NCBI GenBank assembly: GCA_965223075.1 | Contig: OZ244986.1 | Location: 3,116,101 to 3,180,100 of the forward strand | From: Candidatus Marinacidobacterium sp. | Lineage (GTDB): Bacteria > Acidobacteriota > Vicinamibacteria > Marinacidobacterales > Marinacidobacteraceae | Direction: 5' to 3' | Length of the DNA: 64,000 nt | Part shown: piece after piece, positions 29,157 to 39,330 of the stretch | How positions within the stretch are numbered: the stretch's first letter is position 1 | Layout: each line of letters starts with the position of its first letter | Translations under genes and position numbers: made by a program | Notes under the pieces: model-generated | Told to the model about the DNA's origin: nothing | Databases searched by the model: none | The model's input: only the letters and a program-made list of their open reading frames with translations

Positions 29157-29588
29157 ATGAAACATGCCCACACCATCAGTTGGGTGATCTTTGCCCTGCT
29201 GGGAGCCATCACCGTGCTGGTTTCTCTGACCTCCCTCAGCGCCGCCTACCTGAACCCGGATGCCGACCTGATCGGCGGCCGGTTCACCCCGGAGCAGCTC
29301 GCTGACGGGGACCCGGAACTCGCCGCGGCGCTTTCCGCTCGGCGGGGCACGGCCGCCGCGTTCGGCCTCTCCTACGGGATCTTGCTGTTCGGGATCGCGT
29401 GGGGCCCGTATCGCCGGAGGGGCCGGCTGTTCCGCCTCCTGCTGGCGGCCGGCCTGGTGAACACGGTGGTGATCCTGCTTCGGCTTCCGGTGCTGGGCAT
29501 AGGCCTCGGCCTCGTCACGGCCCTGGTTCCATTGGCGCTGATCCTGATCGCTGCCGTGCTCGGGGTGATGGCCCGCCGCCAGGCCTGA
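29157..29588 (+). CDS. Hypothetical four-TM membrane protein
   Basis: 143-aa ORF with four hydrophobic segments, directly downstream of the amidohydrolase. Confidence 0.65.
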   Translation: MKHAHTISWVIFALLGAITVLVSLTSLSAAYLNPDADLIGGRFTPEQLADGDPELAAALSARRGTAAAFGLSYGILLFGIAWGPYRRRGRLFRLLLAAGLVNTVVILLRLPVLGIGLGLVTALVPLALILIAAVLGVMARRQA

Positions 29589-29667
29589 CGGGGGACGGGC
29601 CGGGTCGACCACGGGAAGGAGCCGGATCCGAGACCCGCGGTCCTGGTCTGGTCCGGAGGGACGTCGT

Positions 29668-30042
29668 CTGACTGACGCCGCGCGGGGCGACGCGGCGAAT
29701 CCGTCTGCCGAACCCAACTATGACGAGGCATACAGCAAGGACTCGTTTCGGAAGAAGGTCACCGCGTTTGCCCCAGCGGCGGGCAAAGAGGTGATTCGGG
29801 GGGCGCTGGTCCTGTACCGCTGCCTCCGCGACCCCAACACCCCGAAATGGGCCCGTACGCGCATCATTGGCGCGCTTGGCTACTTCATCTTCCCTTTGGA
29901 CGCCATCCCCGATGTCGTTCCGGTGGCCGGGTTCTCCGACGATCTGGGCGTGCTGGCTCTCGCGCTGGCCACCGTAGCGCTTCACATCAAACCGGAGCAC
30001 AAACAAAAGGCCGAGGAGAAACTCAAGACCTGGTTTCCTTGA
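29668..30042 (+). CDS. YkvA/DUF1232 family protein
   Basis: ALGYFIFPLDAIPDVVPVAGFSDDLGVL. The frame is open upstream (YSKDSFRKKVTAF...AGKEVI) to a CTG at 29668 preceded by GGAGGG; the track start is 29791. Confidence 0.8.
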   Translation: MTDAARGDAANPSAEPNYDEAYSKDSFRKKVTAFAPAAGKEVIRGALVLYRCLRDPNTPKWARTRIIGALGYFIFPLDAIPDVVPVAGFSDDLGVLALALATVALHIKPEHKQKAEEKLKTWFP

Positions 30043-30084
30043 GCCCCTCACATCCTGCGTTCCCTCACGAAAAGGACACACCCG

Positions 30085-31047
30085 ATGCGCATCGTTCCCC
30101 TTGCCGATATTCAGTCGGCTATCACCGCGAAAGCCGCCATCGAGGCCGTCAAGGCCGGATTCATCGCCCATGCGAGGGGCCAGGTGCACTGTCCCGAGCC
30201 CGTCCAGATCGTGTTCCGCGACGACCAGCAGGAACAACATGGCGAATGTCACGTCAAATCCGCCATTTGGAGCGGCCGTCCGTACGCCGCGGTCAAGATC
30301 GCATCGGGGTCGTACCGGAATGCGGCGCGCGGCCTGCCGGGCGCCGGCGGCATGATCATCATGATCGCTACCGACACCGGCCTTCCGGAGGCCATTCTCC
30401 ACGACGAGTGCTGGCTCACCAATGTCCGCACCGCTGCCGCCGGGGCCCTCGCCGCCGGCCTGAAACCGGTGTCGAACGACGCGACGCTGGGCGTGATCGG
30501 CACCGGGACCCAGGCCGAGATGCAGGCCACCATGATCTGCTCCCACCTGGGGCTTGGGTCGGTGTCGCTCTGGGGACGTTCCGCCGCCAAGGCGGCCACG
30601 CTCTGCGAGAAGCTACAGGCCGGAGGACTGGCGGCAACTCCGATGGAGACGGTCCGCGACGCCTGTCATTCCAGCGCCATCCTGGTCACCACTACCCCCG
30701 CGACGAAACCGGTCGTTCATCTGGAGGACGTTCCCGAAACGCTCCACATCGTCGCCGTCGGAGCGGACACGCCGGGGAAGACGGAGCTGGATCCGCGCAT
30801 TCTGGGAAGGGCTCACATCATCGTCACCGACGATCATCGGGAGTGCCTGCATCACAGCGACTTCGGCGAGGCAGTGAGAGCCGGCGCGGTCGCGGAGGAC
30901 GGCGACTGCTCCTTTGGCAAAATGCTGTCGCTCGCTACCCCGGATCCGAGGATGGCGCAGGACGGTATTTCGGTGGTGGATCTGACCGGCATGGGCGTTC
31001 AGGATCTCGCGATAGCGACAATGACTCTGAACGCGTTGACGGATTAG
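30085..31047 (+). CDS. Ornithine cyclodeaminase/mu-crystallin family protein
   Basis: HVKSA, LTNVRTAAAG, VIGTGTQA, VGADTPGKTEL and DLTGMGVQD. Confidence 0.9.
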   Translation: MRIVPLADIQSAITAKAAIEAVKAGFIAHARGQVHCPEPVQIVFRDDQQEQHGECHVKSAIWSGRPYAAVKIASGSYRNAARGLPGAGGMIIMIATDTGLPEAILHDECWLTNVRTAAAGALAAGLKPVSNDATLGVIGTGTQAEMQATMICSHLGLGSVSLWGRSAAKAATLCEKLQAGGLAATPMETVRDACHSSAILVTTTPATKPVVHLEDVPETLHIVAVGADTPGKTELDPRILGRAHIIVTDDHRECLHHSDFGEAVRAGAVAEDGDCSFGKMLSLATPDPRMAQDGISVVDLTGMGVQDLAIATMTLNALTD

Positions 31048-31084
31048 TAGCCCTTCCCCGTCAACCCCGCGGGGAGCAACCCCT

Positions 31085-31360
31085 TCGCGGCCCGCCGGGC
31101 CGCGGTGCCGGCCGGAGGCCGGCCCAGTTCTCCCGGTGGGGGCCCAAGCCGTCCCCGCGTTTTTCACTGGTGGCGATACGCGGCTCGCGGCCCCGCGGGC
31201 CGCGGTGCCGGTGTGAACACCGGCGTTCCCAGCCTTCGGCCGCGGTGCCGGTCTGAAGACCGGCGTTCCCAGCTGTCCCCGCGCTTTTTCACTGGTGGCG
31301 ATACGTGGTCCGCCCCGCTGCGCGGGGCTGTGCCGGCCTGAAGGCCGGCGTTCCCTTACC
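31085..31360 (-). repeat. REP-like cluster of four hairpins
   Basis: Hairpins at about 31105, 31205-31230, 31245-31270 and 31330-31355; 15-bp insert at 31126-31140; TTTTTCACTGGTGGCGATACG repeated at about 31160 and 31285. Confidence 0.8.
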
Positions 31361-31434
31361 ACGGCAGAACACGGTATGGCACTGGCGCCATCCGTTCTCA
31401 AGCGTAAAATCGGCAACGGAGAGGGGGAACGACG

Positions 31435-32484
31435 ATGAAGATCAGGATCCTGTTGTTCGCATGCCCGGCGCTGGCCGTGTCGATCGGCTGGGCGGCCGCA
31501 AATCACGACATTGCCGGAGAGATGATCGACCGGGCGCGGCATTTCCTTGCCTCGCTCGATCCCGAGCAAAAGTCCCGGGCGACGTTCGCGTTCGACGACG
31601 AGGAGCGGTTCAACTGGCACTTCATTCCGCGGGACCGGGAAGGACTGCCCTACGGGGAGTTCACGCCGCCGCAGCGACGGCTCGCTGATCTCCTGCTCGG
31701 CACCGCGCTCAGCCACGACGGCATCAGCAAGGCGCTCGGCATCATGTACCTCGAACAGATCCTCTACGAGCGCGAAGGCCGCGACATTCGTGATTCGGAC
31801 CGCTATTACTTCACGGTGTTCGACGAGCCGTCGGACTCGGGCGCCTGGGGCTGGCGCGTCGAGGGGCATCACCTGTCGCTCAACGTCACGCTCAACGACG
31901 GCGAGGTCGCCGCGACCTCACCGGCCTTCATGGGCAGCAATCCGGCGATCGCCGAGGAAGGCAAGCACGCGGGTCTCGAGGTGCTCGCGGCGGAGCAGAC
32001 GGTAGCGAGGGAGCTGCTCGCGCTCTTCGACGGTCCGGCGCGCGACAAGGTCATCTTCGATCCCGAGGCGCCGCCCGACATCCTGACGGGCACGGACCGG
32101 ATCGCCGAACCCGGGGAACCGCTCGGGGTCGCGACCCGTGACATGACCAGGGAGCAGGCCGACAAGGTCATCGAGCTCGTGCACGTCTATACCGGCCGGC
32201 TGCGGCTCGAACTGGCCAGGGACGAGTTCGCCAAGGTCGAGGCGGCCGGCCTCGAGAACATTCATTTCGCGTGGGCCGGCAGCGCCGAACCGGGCGACCC
32301 GCACTACTACCGGATCCACGGCCCGACGTTCCTCATCGAGTACGACAACACGCAGAACGACGCCAACCACATCCACTCGGTCTGGCGCGATCTGAGCGGA
32401 GACTTCGGCAGGGATCTCCTCGCCGAGCACTACTCGGCGTCGCATTCGGGACGGGTCGCAGGGGGCCCCGGCGCCGGGAGGTAA
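31435..32484 (+). CDS. DUF3500-family secreted protein
   Basis: ERFNWHFIPRDREGL, WGWRVEGHHLSLN, YYRIHGPTFLIEYDN and NHIHSVWRD. Confidence 0.85.
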   Translation: MKIRILLFACPALAVSIGWAAANHDIAGEMIDRARHFLASLDPEQKSRATFAFDDEERFNWHFIPRDREGLPYGEFTPPQRRLADLLLGTALSHDGISKALGIMYLEQILYEREGRDIRDSDRYYFTVFDEPSDSGAWGWRVEGHHLSLNVTLNDGEVAATSPAFMGSNPAIAEEGKHAGLEVLAAEQTVARELLALFDGPARDKVIFDPEAPPDILTGTDRIAEPGEPLGVATRDMTREQADKVIELVHVYTGRLRLELARDEFAKVEAAGLENIHFAWAGSAEPGDPHYYRIHGPTFLIEYDNTQNDANHIHSVWRDLSGDFGRDLLAEHYSASHSGRVAGGPGAGR

Positions 32485-32526
32485 GGCCGAAGGCCGCAGG
32501 CTCCCGAGGCCGAGCGTCAGCTAGCG

Positions 32527-32552
32527 ATGCCGGTCTGAAGACCGGCGCTCCC
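32527..32552 (-). repeat. Single REP-like hairpin
   Basis: ATGCCGGTCTGAAGACCGGCGCTCCC is near-identical to the reverse complement of 41159-41184. Confidence 0.75.
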
Positions 32553-35468
32553 ATGTACCCTCCATCCCCCATGGGAGAACTGGCGCGCGAACTCGCGTCG
32601 CGCATCGAGGGGGATGTGCGCTTCGACCGCGCGAGCCGGATCCTCTACTCGAACGACGCCAGCATCTACCAGGTGGAGCCCCTCGGGGTGGTGATCCCGC
32701 GCCATACCGCGGACGTGGCGGAGGCGGTCCGGGTGGCGGCAGAGGCGGACGCCCCGGTGCTCCCGCGCGGGGGCGGCACCTCGCTCGCCGGGCAGGCGGT
32801 TGGCGAAGCCGTGGTGCTCGACCTGTCGGTGCACTTCCGGAGCGTCCTGGAGATCAACCGCGAAGAGCAATGGGCCCGGGTGCAGCCGGGGGTGGTGCAG
32901 GACGCCTTCAGCGCGGCGCTCGCGCCGCACGGCTTCCGCTTCGGGCCCGAGACCTCGACCTCGAACCGCGCGAATCTGGGCGGCATGATCGGCAACAACT
33001 CGGCCGGCGCCCGCTCGCTCGTCTACGGCAAGACAGTGGAAAACGTGATCGACGCCACCGTGGTGCTGCCCGACGGCAGTTGCGAGCGGCTTTCGTGGCT
33101 GAGCTGGGAGGACATCCGGCGCCGGGCGCGGGGGAACGGGTCGCTGGCCCCGGTGCTCCGCGAGCTGCTCGCGCTCAAGGACGAGTACTCGGAAGACATC
33201 CGGGCGCGGTTCCCGCGCATCCCGCGGCGGGTGTCCGGGTACAACCTCGACACGCTGCTCGATCCGGGCGGAGTGAACCTGGCGCACCTGGTGGTCGGGT
33301 CCGAGGGAACGCTCGGCACCGTGGTCGAGGCCCGGGTGAAGCTCCACCGGTTGCCGCCCGCGGTGGGACTCGCTGTCCTGCATTTCGACGGGATGCTCCC
33401 GGCGCTCGAGGCGGGGGTGGTGGCGCTTGACCTGCGTCCGACCTGCGTCGAACTCGTGGACCGGATGGTCATGGATCTTGCCCGCGAGTCGCTCGAGTAT
33501 TCGCGGCGCCTCCACTTCGTCGAGGGCGAACCCGGGGCACTCATCCTGGTCGAGTTCGCGGGATCGAGCCGCGCCGAAGTGGCCTCGAAGCTGGCCGACC
33601 TCGAACGCCGTCTCGGCCGGCAGGGGCGTCCCCACCTGCGCATGCTGGATCCGGCGGATCAGCAAAACGTCTGGGCGCTACGGAAAGCGGCGCTGCCCCT
33701 CCTCCTGAGCCTTCCCGGCGACAAGAAACCCATCGCGTTCGTCGAGGACACCGCCGTCGAACCCTCCCGGCTGCCGGAGTTCATTCGCGGGTTCGAGGAA
33801 ATCCTGGCCGGCCGGAACACCGAGGGGAGCTTCTACGCGCACGCCGGCGCCGGATGCCTCCACATCCGGCCGCTCATCAATCTGAAAGACCCCGCCGAGA
33901 TCCGGAAGATGGACACCCTGGCCCAGGAAATCTGCGACCTGGTGCTCGACTTCGGGGGCGCCATGAGCGGCGAGCACGGGGACGGCCTCGCGCGCAGCCA
34001 CTTCAACGAGAAGGTCTTCGGGCCGCGGGTGTACCAGGCGTTCCGGCGTCTGAAAGCGGCGTTCGACCCGGCCGGCATCATGAATCCCGGGAAGGTGGTG
34101 AACGCGCCGGCGATGACCGACAACCTCCGCTACGGCGAGGGCTACCGGGCGGAGGAACTCCCGGTGGTCTATCCGTACAAACGCCACGGGGGCTTCGCCG
34201 GCGCGGTCGAGCTCTGTAACGGAGCCGGGGTCTGCCGCAAGGAACTGGTGGGGACGATGTGCCCCTCGTTCATGGCGACCAAGGAAGAGGAGCATTCCAC
34301 CCGGGGCCGGGCGAACCTGCTGCGGGCGCTGCTCGACGGGCGGCTGCCGCCGGAGCGGGAATCGGAGGACCGCGTCCTCGGGGCGCTTGACCTCTGCCTC
34401 GCCTGCAAGGCCTGCAAGGCCGAGTGCCCCTCCGGGGTGGACATGGCCCGGCTCAAGTCGGATTTCCTGCACCGCTACTACCGGGACCGGAAGCGGCCGC
34501 TCGCCGACCGGCTGTTCGGCGCTCCGGATGTCCTGGCCCGCTGGGGCAGCCGGTTCGGGCCGCTGACCCGCTGGGCCGAGCGACGCGGTTGGGCCGCCTC
34601 GCTGCTGTCCCGGGCCATCGGCTTCGACCGGCGGCGGAGTCTCCCGAAGCTGGCGCGCCAACCCTTCACCCGCTGGTTCCGCGGGGTCGAAGCTGCCTCC
34701 CAACCGCATTCGCCGCGCGGGGAAGTGGCCCTCTTTCCCGACACCTTCACGAACTACTTCGAGCCGCGGATCGGGATCGCCGCCTGCCGGGTGCTCTGGG
34801 CGCTCGGCTACCGGATCGTGCTGGCGCCGGCGGTCTGTTGCGGCCGGCCGGCCATCTCCCGGGGGCTTCTCGACCGGGCCCGCCGGCTGGCGCGCGAGAG
34901 CGTTCGGGCGCTCGGCGGCATCGCCGGCGAGGGCACCGCCATCGTCGGGCTCGAGCCCTCGTGTCTGTTCAGCTTCCGCGACGAGATCCCCGATCTGGTT
35001 CCGGAGGACGATCGTCCCGCCGCCGAAGGGATCGCCAAGCGCGCGGTTCTCTTCGACGAGTTCCTGGGCGATCACCGGGAAGAACTTTCCCGCCTCACCG
35101 GCGGCCGGGCCGAAGGCTCCCACGTTCTCGCCCACGGCCACTGCCACCAGAAGACCTTCTGTGGGACCGGACCGCTGGCCGGTCTCCTCGCCACCACCGG
35201 CGCCCGGGTCACGGTGGCCGATTCGGGTTGCTGCGGCATGGCCGGCAGCTTCGGCTACACCTCCGACCACTACGAGTTGTCGCTCGCGATCGGAGAGCGC
35301 CGGCTCTTCCCGGCGGTGCGGAACCTGGCGACCGAGGACGCGCTGGTGGCGGCCGGCACCTCCTGCCGGCACCAGGTGCTCGATGCGACTAAGCGCTACG
35401 CGATCCACCCGGCGGAATACATCGCGCAGTACCTGGCCGACGGCGGGGGTCCCGAGGCGGAGGTCTGA
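32553..35468 (+). CDS. FAD-binding and Fe-S oxidoreductase (YdiJ/glycolate-lactate dehydrogenase-like)
   Basis: PRGGGTSLAGQ, GSEGTLG, HAGAGCLH, GEHGDG, CNGAGVC, CLACKACKAECPSGVD, HGHCHQK and CCGMAGSFG. The start may be ATG 32571. Confidence 0.92.
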   Translation: MYPPSPMGELARELASRIEGDVRFDRASRILYSNDASIYQVEPLGVVIPRHTADVAEAVRVAAEADAPVLPRGGGTSLAGQAVGEAVVLDLSVHFRSVLEINREEQWARVQPGVVQDAFSAALAPHGFRFGPETSTSNRANLGGMIGNNSAGARSLVYGKTVENVIDATVVLPDGSCERLSWLSWEDIRRRARGNGSLAPVLRELLALKDEYSEDIRARFPRIPRRVSGYNLDTLLDPGGVNLAHLVVGSEGTLGTVVEARVKLHRLPPAVGLAVLHFDGMLPALEAGVVALDLRPTCVELVDRMVMDLARESLEYSRRLHFVEGEPGALILVEFAGSSRAEVASKLADLERRLGRQGRPHLRMLDPADQQNVWALRKAALPLLLSLPGDKKPIAFVEDTAVEPSRLPEFIRGFEEILAGRNTEGSFYAHAGAGCLHIRPLINLKDPAEIRKMDTLAQEICDLVLDFGGAMSGEHGDGLARSHFNEKVFGPRVYQAFRRLKAAFDPAGIMNPGKVVNAPAMTDNLRYGEGYRAEELPVVYPYKRHGGFAGAVELCNGAGVCRKELVGTMCPSFMATKEEEHSTRGRANLLRALLDGRLPPERESEDRVLGALDLCLACKACKAECPSGVDMARLKSDFLHRYYRDRKRPLADRLFGAPDVLARWGSRFGPLTRWAERRGWAASLLSRAIGFDRRRSLPKLARQPFTRWFRGVEAASQPHSPRGEVALFPDTFTNYFEPRIGIAACRVLWALGYRIVLAPAVCCGRPAISRGLLDRARRLARESVRALGGIAGEGTAIVGLEPSCLFSFRDEIPDLVPEDDRPAAEGIAKRAVLFDEFLGDHREELSRLTGGRAEGSHVLAHGHCHQKTFCGTGPLAGLLATTGARVTVADSGCCGMAGSFGYTSDHYELSLAIGERRLFPAVRNLATEDALVAAGTSCRHQVLDATKRYAIHPAEYIAQYLADGGGPEAEV

Positions 35469-35543
35469 CGGCGGCCGCCTCCGGCCGGCCTCGACTCGCA
35501 TCGGCCCGGAACGCCCTCCGGGCTTCGGTGCGGAACCTTCCGG

Positions 35544-37028
35544 TTGGAGACCCCGTTGTTCCGGCCGTTGACAACCCCGGATCCCGAGCAAAGCGCCACC
35601 GATCCCGGCCGCCGTCTGGCGGTCGCCCCGGTGCATCGCGCCCTGTTCGCGATGTCGGCGCCCATCAGTCTGGGCATGCTCTCGACCTTCCTGTTCCAGG
35701 TGGTGGACACCTGGTTCGTCGGCAGGCTCGGCACGGCTGAGCTCGCCGCCCTCAGCTTCTCCTCGGCGCTCTTCTTCCTGCTGGTCGGGCTGTTCATCGG
35801 GCTGTCGGTCGGCGCGTCGTCGCTCGTCGCCCGCGCGCTCGGCGAGGGGGACGCGCCCCGCGCGGCGCGCTTCGCGCGGACGTCCGTGCTCCTCGCCGGC
35901 GGGCTCGCCGCTCTCCTCTCGCTGATCGGCCTGCTCACCATCGGGCCGGTCTTCGGCCTGCTCGGCGCGGACGCCGCCACCCTCCCGCTCATCGCCGAGT
36001 ACATGGGGGTCCTCTACCTCGGCATGCCGCTCCTCGCCGTCGCGCTCGTCGGAAACGCCGCAGTCCGGGCGACGGGTCGGGTACGGGCTCCCGAGGTCCT
36101 GATGGGTGCCGCGGGGGTGATCAACCTCGTCCTCGACTACCTGTTGATCTTCGGCGCCGGTCCGTTCCCGCGCCTCGAGATCCAGGGCGCGGCGCTCGCC
36201 ACCGTCATCTCATGGGGGTTCGTGGCCGTCTCGACGGGTGTGCTGCTCGTACGGGCGCACCTGCTCCGGCGGCAGCGGGTGGAGGGCGGCTCACCCCGAA
36301 GCGCCGTCCTGCCCCCAATTCTGCGGCTCTCCGCGCCCACGGTCGCTACCCAGGTGCTCACCCCGCTGACCGCCGCGTTCGTCATTTTCCTGGCCGCGAA
36401 GTCCGGGGCCGAGGTCGTTGCGGCGCTGGGGATCGCGACGCGGATCGAACTACTGGGACTCGTGGGGATATCGAGCGTGAGCGTCGCACTCGTTCCTTTT
36501 GTCGCGCAGAACTTCGGCGCCAGGAACCGCGCCCGCGTGGACGAAGCGATCGTCTTCGCGGGGAAGGCGTCGTTCTACTGGGGCGGCCTGTTGTTCGTGG
36601 CGCTCCTCCTCGGCGCCGGGCCCGTGGCCCGGATGTTCAGCGGCGACGAAACGGTCCAGCACTACGTGACCCTGTACTTCCGGATAGTCGCAATCTCTTA
36701 CGCCCCGGCGGGGCTCCTTGCGGTGACCTCGTCCATCTTCAACGGAGTGCAGATACCGGGAGAGTCCCTTCGCATCCTCATGGTGAAGACGTTCGCCTTC
36801 ACGGCGCCGCTCGCCTCGCTCGGCGCGCTCTTCGGCGCCACGGGCCTCTTCGCCGCGGTCTCGCTCGCCAATGTCCTCGGTGGCGTGTACGCCGCGCGCA
36901 CTATGCGACGCTGCCTCCGCGCCGCGGACACCGACCTCGCGCGCCGGCGTCCGGTCGACGACTACATCGCCGACTGGCGCGCAGTGACTCGGCGTCTCTC
37001 GCGGAGTGGGAGCCGCCGGGAGACGTAG
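35544..37028 (+). CDS. MATE-family efflux transporter
   Basis: VDTWFVGRLG..LAAL, NLVLDYLLIFG..P.LEIQGAALAT and QNFGARN; about 12 TM segments. Confidence 0.9.
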   Translation: METPLFRPLTTPDPEQSATDPGRRLAVAPVHRALFAMSAPISLGMLSTFLFQVVDTWFVGRLGTAELAALSFSSALFFLLVGLFIGLSVGASSLVARALGEGDAPRAARFARTSVLLAGGLAALLSLIGLLTIGPVFGLLGADAATLPLIAEYMGVLYLGMPLLAVALVGNAAVRATGRVRAPEVLMGAAGVINLVLDYLLIFGAGPFPRLEIQGAALATVISWGFVAVSTGVLLVRAHLLRRQRVEGGSPRSAVLPPILRLSAPTVATQVLTPLTAAFVIFLAAKSGAEVVAALGIATRIELLGLVGISSVSVALVPFVAQNFGARNRARVDEAIVFAGKASFYWGGLLFVALLLGAGPVARMFSGDETVQHYVTLYFRIVAISYAPAGLLAVTSSIFNGVQIPGESLRILMVKTFAFTAPLASLGALFGATGLFAAVSLANVLGGVYAARTMRRCLRAADTDLARRRPVDDYIADWRAVTRRLSRSGSRRET

Positions 37029-37110
37029 GCTCCCCGATTCGCCCACGGTTGTGCGAAACCCTGCGGCGCACCGCCCGCGTACCCCGAAGAAACTGGAGAA
37101 GAAACCATTC

Positions 37111-37698
37111 ATGACACCCGACAGCGTCCGCGTTGCGGCCATCCTGGGGACCAGCCGTCCCGGCAACCTCACCTCGAAGGCGCTCGCCCTCGCCGTGGAC
37201 GAGCTGGCGAAGAACCCCGAAGTCCTCGTGACCTGGCTCGATCCGGCGGAGATGGACCTGCCGTTTCCGGGCCGACCCGGCGAGTTCCCCGACCGCGATC
37301 GTCTGCAGGCGGCCGTCCGCGATGCCGACGCGGTGCTGTTCGCCACGCCCGAATACCACGGAAGTTTCGCGGCAACGCTGAAGTTGGTGATTGAGAATCT
37401 CGGCTTTCCGTCGGTGCTCGCCGGCAAACCGGCAGCGCTCATCGGCGTGGCTTCCGGTGCGATCGGGGCGGTCAAGGCGCTCGAACACCTGCGGAGCGTC
37501 CTGTCCCACGTCGGGACGATGGTCCTTCCCGGCCCGGTGTCGATCGCAGGGGTGCACAAGGTCTTCGACGCCGAAGGGAATTGCCTCGACGCGGCTGTCG
37601 AGGGCCGGACCCGCAAGCTGGCGGCAAACCTGCTCGCCTACGTCGAGCGGAATACCTGCCCGCGGGCGGGGCTGGAGGCGTTCGCCCGGCGCGGATAG
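37111..37698 (+). CDS. NADPH-dependent FMN reductase
   Basis: ILGTSRPG, ADAVLFATPEYHGS and GKPAALIG. Confidence 0.9.
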   Translation: MTPDSVRVAAILGTSRPGNLTSKALALAVDELAKNPEVLVTWLDPAEMDLPFPGRPGEFPDRDRLQAAVRDADAVLFATPEYHGSFAATLKLVIENLGFPSVLAGKPAALIGVASGAIGAVKALEHLRSVLSHVGTMVLPGPVSIAGVHKVFDAEGNCLDAAVEGRTRKLAANLLAYVERNTCPRAGLEAFARRG

Positions 37699-37746
37699 CC
37701 CACCGCCGGTCCCCGCCGGCCGGCCCGGCGGGGCGGAACGCCCGGT

Positions 37747-38382
37747 TCAGCGTTCTTCTTCGCCCGCCCGGCCGGGTCTCGCCACGTTCGACGACCCGCC
37801 GGCCGCGGTTCCCACCTGGACCTCGAACCGCCACTCGCTGTAGCGGCGGGCGCCTTCGTAGGTCCGGAAGCTGAGCAGGTCGCTGGTGCTCACCACCCCG
37901 GTGATCCCGGTGGCGGTTTCGGCGGCGGCCCCGGCTTCGCCCGGTTCCTGACGTCCCGCGACGCCGCCTGCCCGGCGGGGCTCCTCCTCTCCGGCCGGGT
38001 TGGTGGGCGCCGGACCGCTGCCCGGGCGACCTCCTCTCTCAAGTCCGGGCCCCGAAGCGCCGGACGCGAGCGCGTTTTCGGCCCGCAGGATGCGGAAACT
38101 ACGCCCGGTCATGGGGTCCACCCAGGCGCGGCGCAGGTATTTGCCCTCCACCAGCTCATCGAGGGTCTCCGGCAGCGTGCCGGGGCGGTCCTGCTGGAAG
38201 CGCTCGAGGCCACGCACGATCGCCTCGCCCCGGAACAGCAGTTCCGCTTCCCGCTCGCGCTGGACGACCTGGCTCCACAGGGTCACCGCCGCCGACAGTC
38301 CGACGCCCAGCAGCGTGATGCCGACGAGCACCCCGAAGAGCACGTAGCCGGCAGAGTCCCGGGGCGAGTTCCTACCACTCAC
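37747..38382 (-). CDS. Type II secretion/pilin-like protein
   Basis: G|YVLFGVLVG prepilin-like N-terminus, QREREAELLFRG, LDELVEGKYLRR and DPMTG. Confidence 0.8.
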   Translation of the reverse strand: MSGRNSPRDSAGYVLFGVLVGITLLGVGLSAAVTLWSQVVQREREAELLFRGEAIVRGLERFQQDRPGTLPETLDELVEGKYLRRAWVDPMTGRSFRILRAENALASGASGPGLERGGRPGSGPAPTNPAGEEEPRRAGGVAGRQEPGEAGAAAETATGITGVVSTSDLLSFRTYEGARRYSEWRFEVQVGTAAGGSSNVARPGRAGEEER

Positions 38383-38830
38383 GATACGGGCGTCCGTCGC
38401 TGCCGACCTCCTCCGAGCGGCTGCGCACGTCGGAGACCCCGGCCGGCGCCTCGGGGAACATGGGGTCGTAGCCGTCGCGCACCTCCTCCCAAAGGATGGA
38501 CTGGGTCATGGGGTCTCCGGGGATTTGCCGGAGATAGCCGGAGACGACGAGATCGGCGAGGTTCGCGGGGAACTCGTCGTGGTCGGCCCGGTACTGGTCG
38601 AGCCGCTCCCGGAGCGTCGCGAGGTTGTGTTCGAGGACCGCCTCCTTCGCCTTGAGGATCTGCGCCTGGTAGCGGGGCACCGCGATGGCGAACAGGATCC
38701 CCAGGACGAGCAGCACCAGCACCATCTCGATGAAGCTGAACCCGGCGGTCTTTTCTTGCCGCTGCGCGGAGCGGTCTTGCCGCTGCGCGGGGCGGCCGGC
38801 GTGGCGCGCGCGGGCGGTCTTTGTCACCAT
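38372..38830 (-). CDS. GspG-like pseudopilin
   Basis: G|FSFIEMVLVLLVLGIL, KAKEAVL and YLRQIPGDP. Confidence 0.88.
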   Translation of the reverse strand: MVTKTARARHAGRPAQRQDRSAQRQEKTAGFSFIEMVLVLLVLGILFAIAVPRYQAQILKAKEAVLEHNLATLRERLDQYRADHDEFPANLADLVVSGYLRQIPGDPMTQSILWEEVRDGYDPMFPEAPAGVSDVRSRSEEVGSDGRPYREW

Positions 38831-39330
38831 GATCGATACGGCGTGCCGTCGAGGGCGAGGCGGGGGGAGGCGGAGCGGAGGTCGTAGACGTTCTGGCCGC
38901 CCCAGGAGAGTCTGCCCGGGTCGTCCTGATAGGAGCGCAGCAGCCAGTCGGCGCGCCCGGTGATCGGATCCGCCGGCAGGCGGCGGAGGAAGCGGATGAC
39001 CGGCGTCCTCCCGTCCGGCCCGCGGGGGCCGGGGACTCCCTCCACGAGCGCCTCCAGATCGGGCGGGTAGTTCTCGTGGTCGGGCTCGATGAAGTCGGGA
39101 TCGATCTCGCCGGCCTCGGCGGCCTCCCGGTAGGCGTCGATCGCCATCCGGACGGTGCGGAGGTTCCTGCGTAGTTCGATCTCGTCGGCCCGCACGGATG
39201 CGACCTTGGCCACCGGGATGATCCCCATCGCCAGCACCGCGAGGATGCCGGCCGCCACTACCAGCTCGATGAGCGTGAAACCGCGCTGGCCGGCCGGCCG
39301 GCGGATTCCGGTTTCGAGATGACGCGGCAT
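38824..39330 (-). CDS. GspG-like pseudopilin
   Basis: RG|FTLIELVV, ELRRNLRTVRMAIDAY and FLRRLPADP. Confidence 0.88.
   Translation of the reverse strand: MPRHLETGIRRPAGQRGFTLIELVVAAGILAVLAMGIIPVAKVASVRADEIELRRNLRTVRMAIDAYREAAEAGEIDPDFIEPDHENYPPDLEALVEGVPGPRGPDGRTPVIRFLRRLPADPITGRADWLLRSYQDDPGRLSWGGQNVYDLRSASPRLALDGTPYRSW

Noticed and set aside
26800-31360. Repeat clusters at 26.8-27.7 kb and 31.1-31.4 kb as CRISPR arrays
   Set aside because: Spacing is irregular, orientation is mixed, the 'spacers' recur elsewhere as shared modules, and no cas genes are present.
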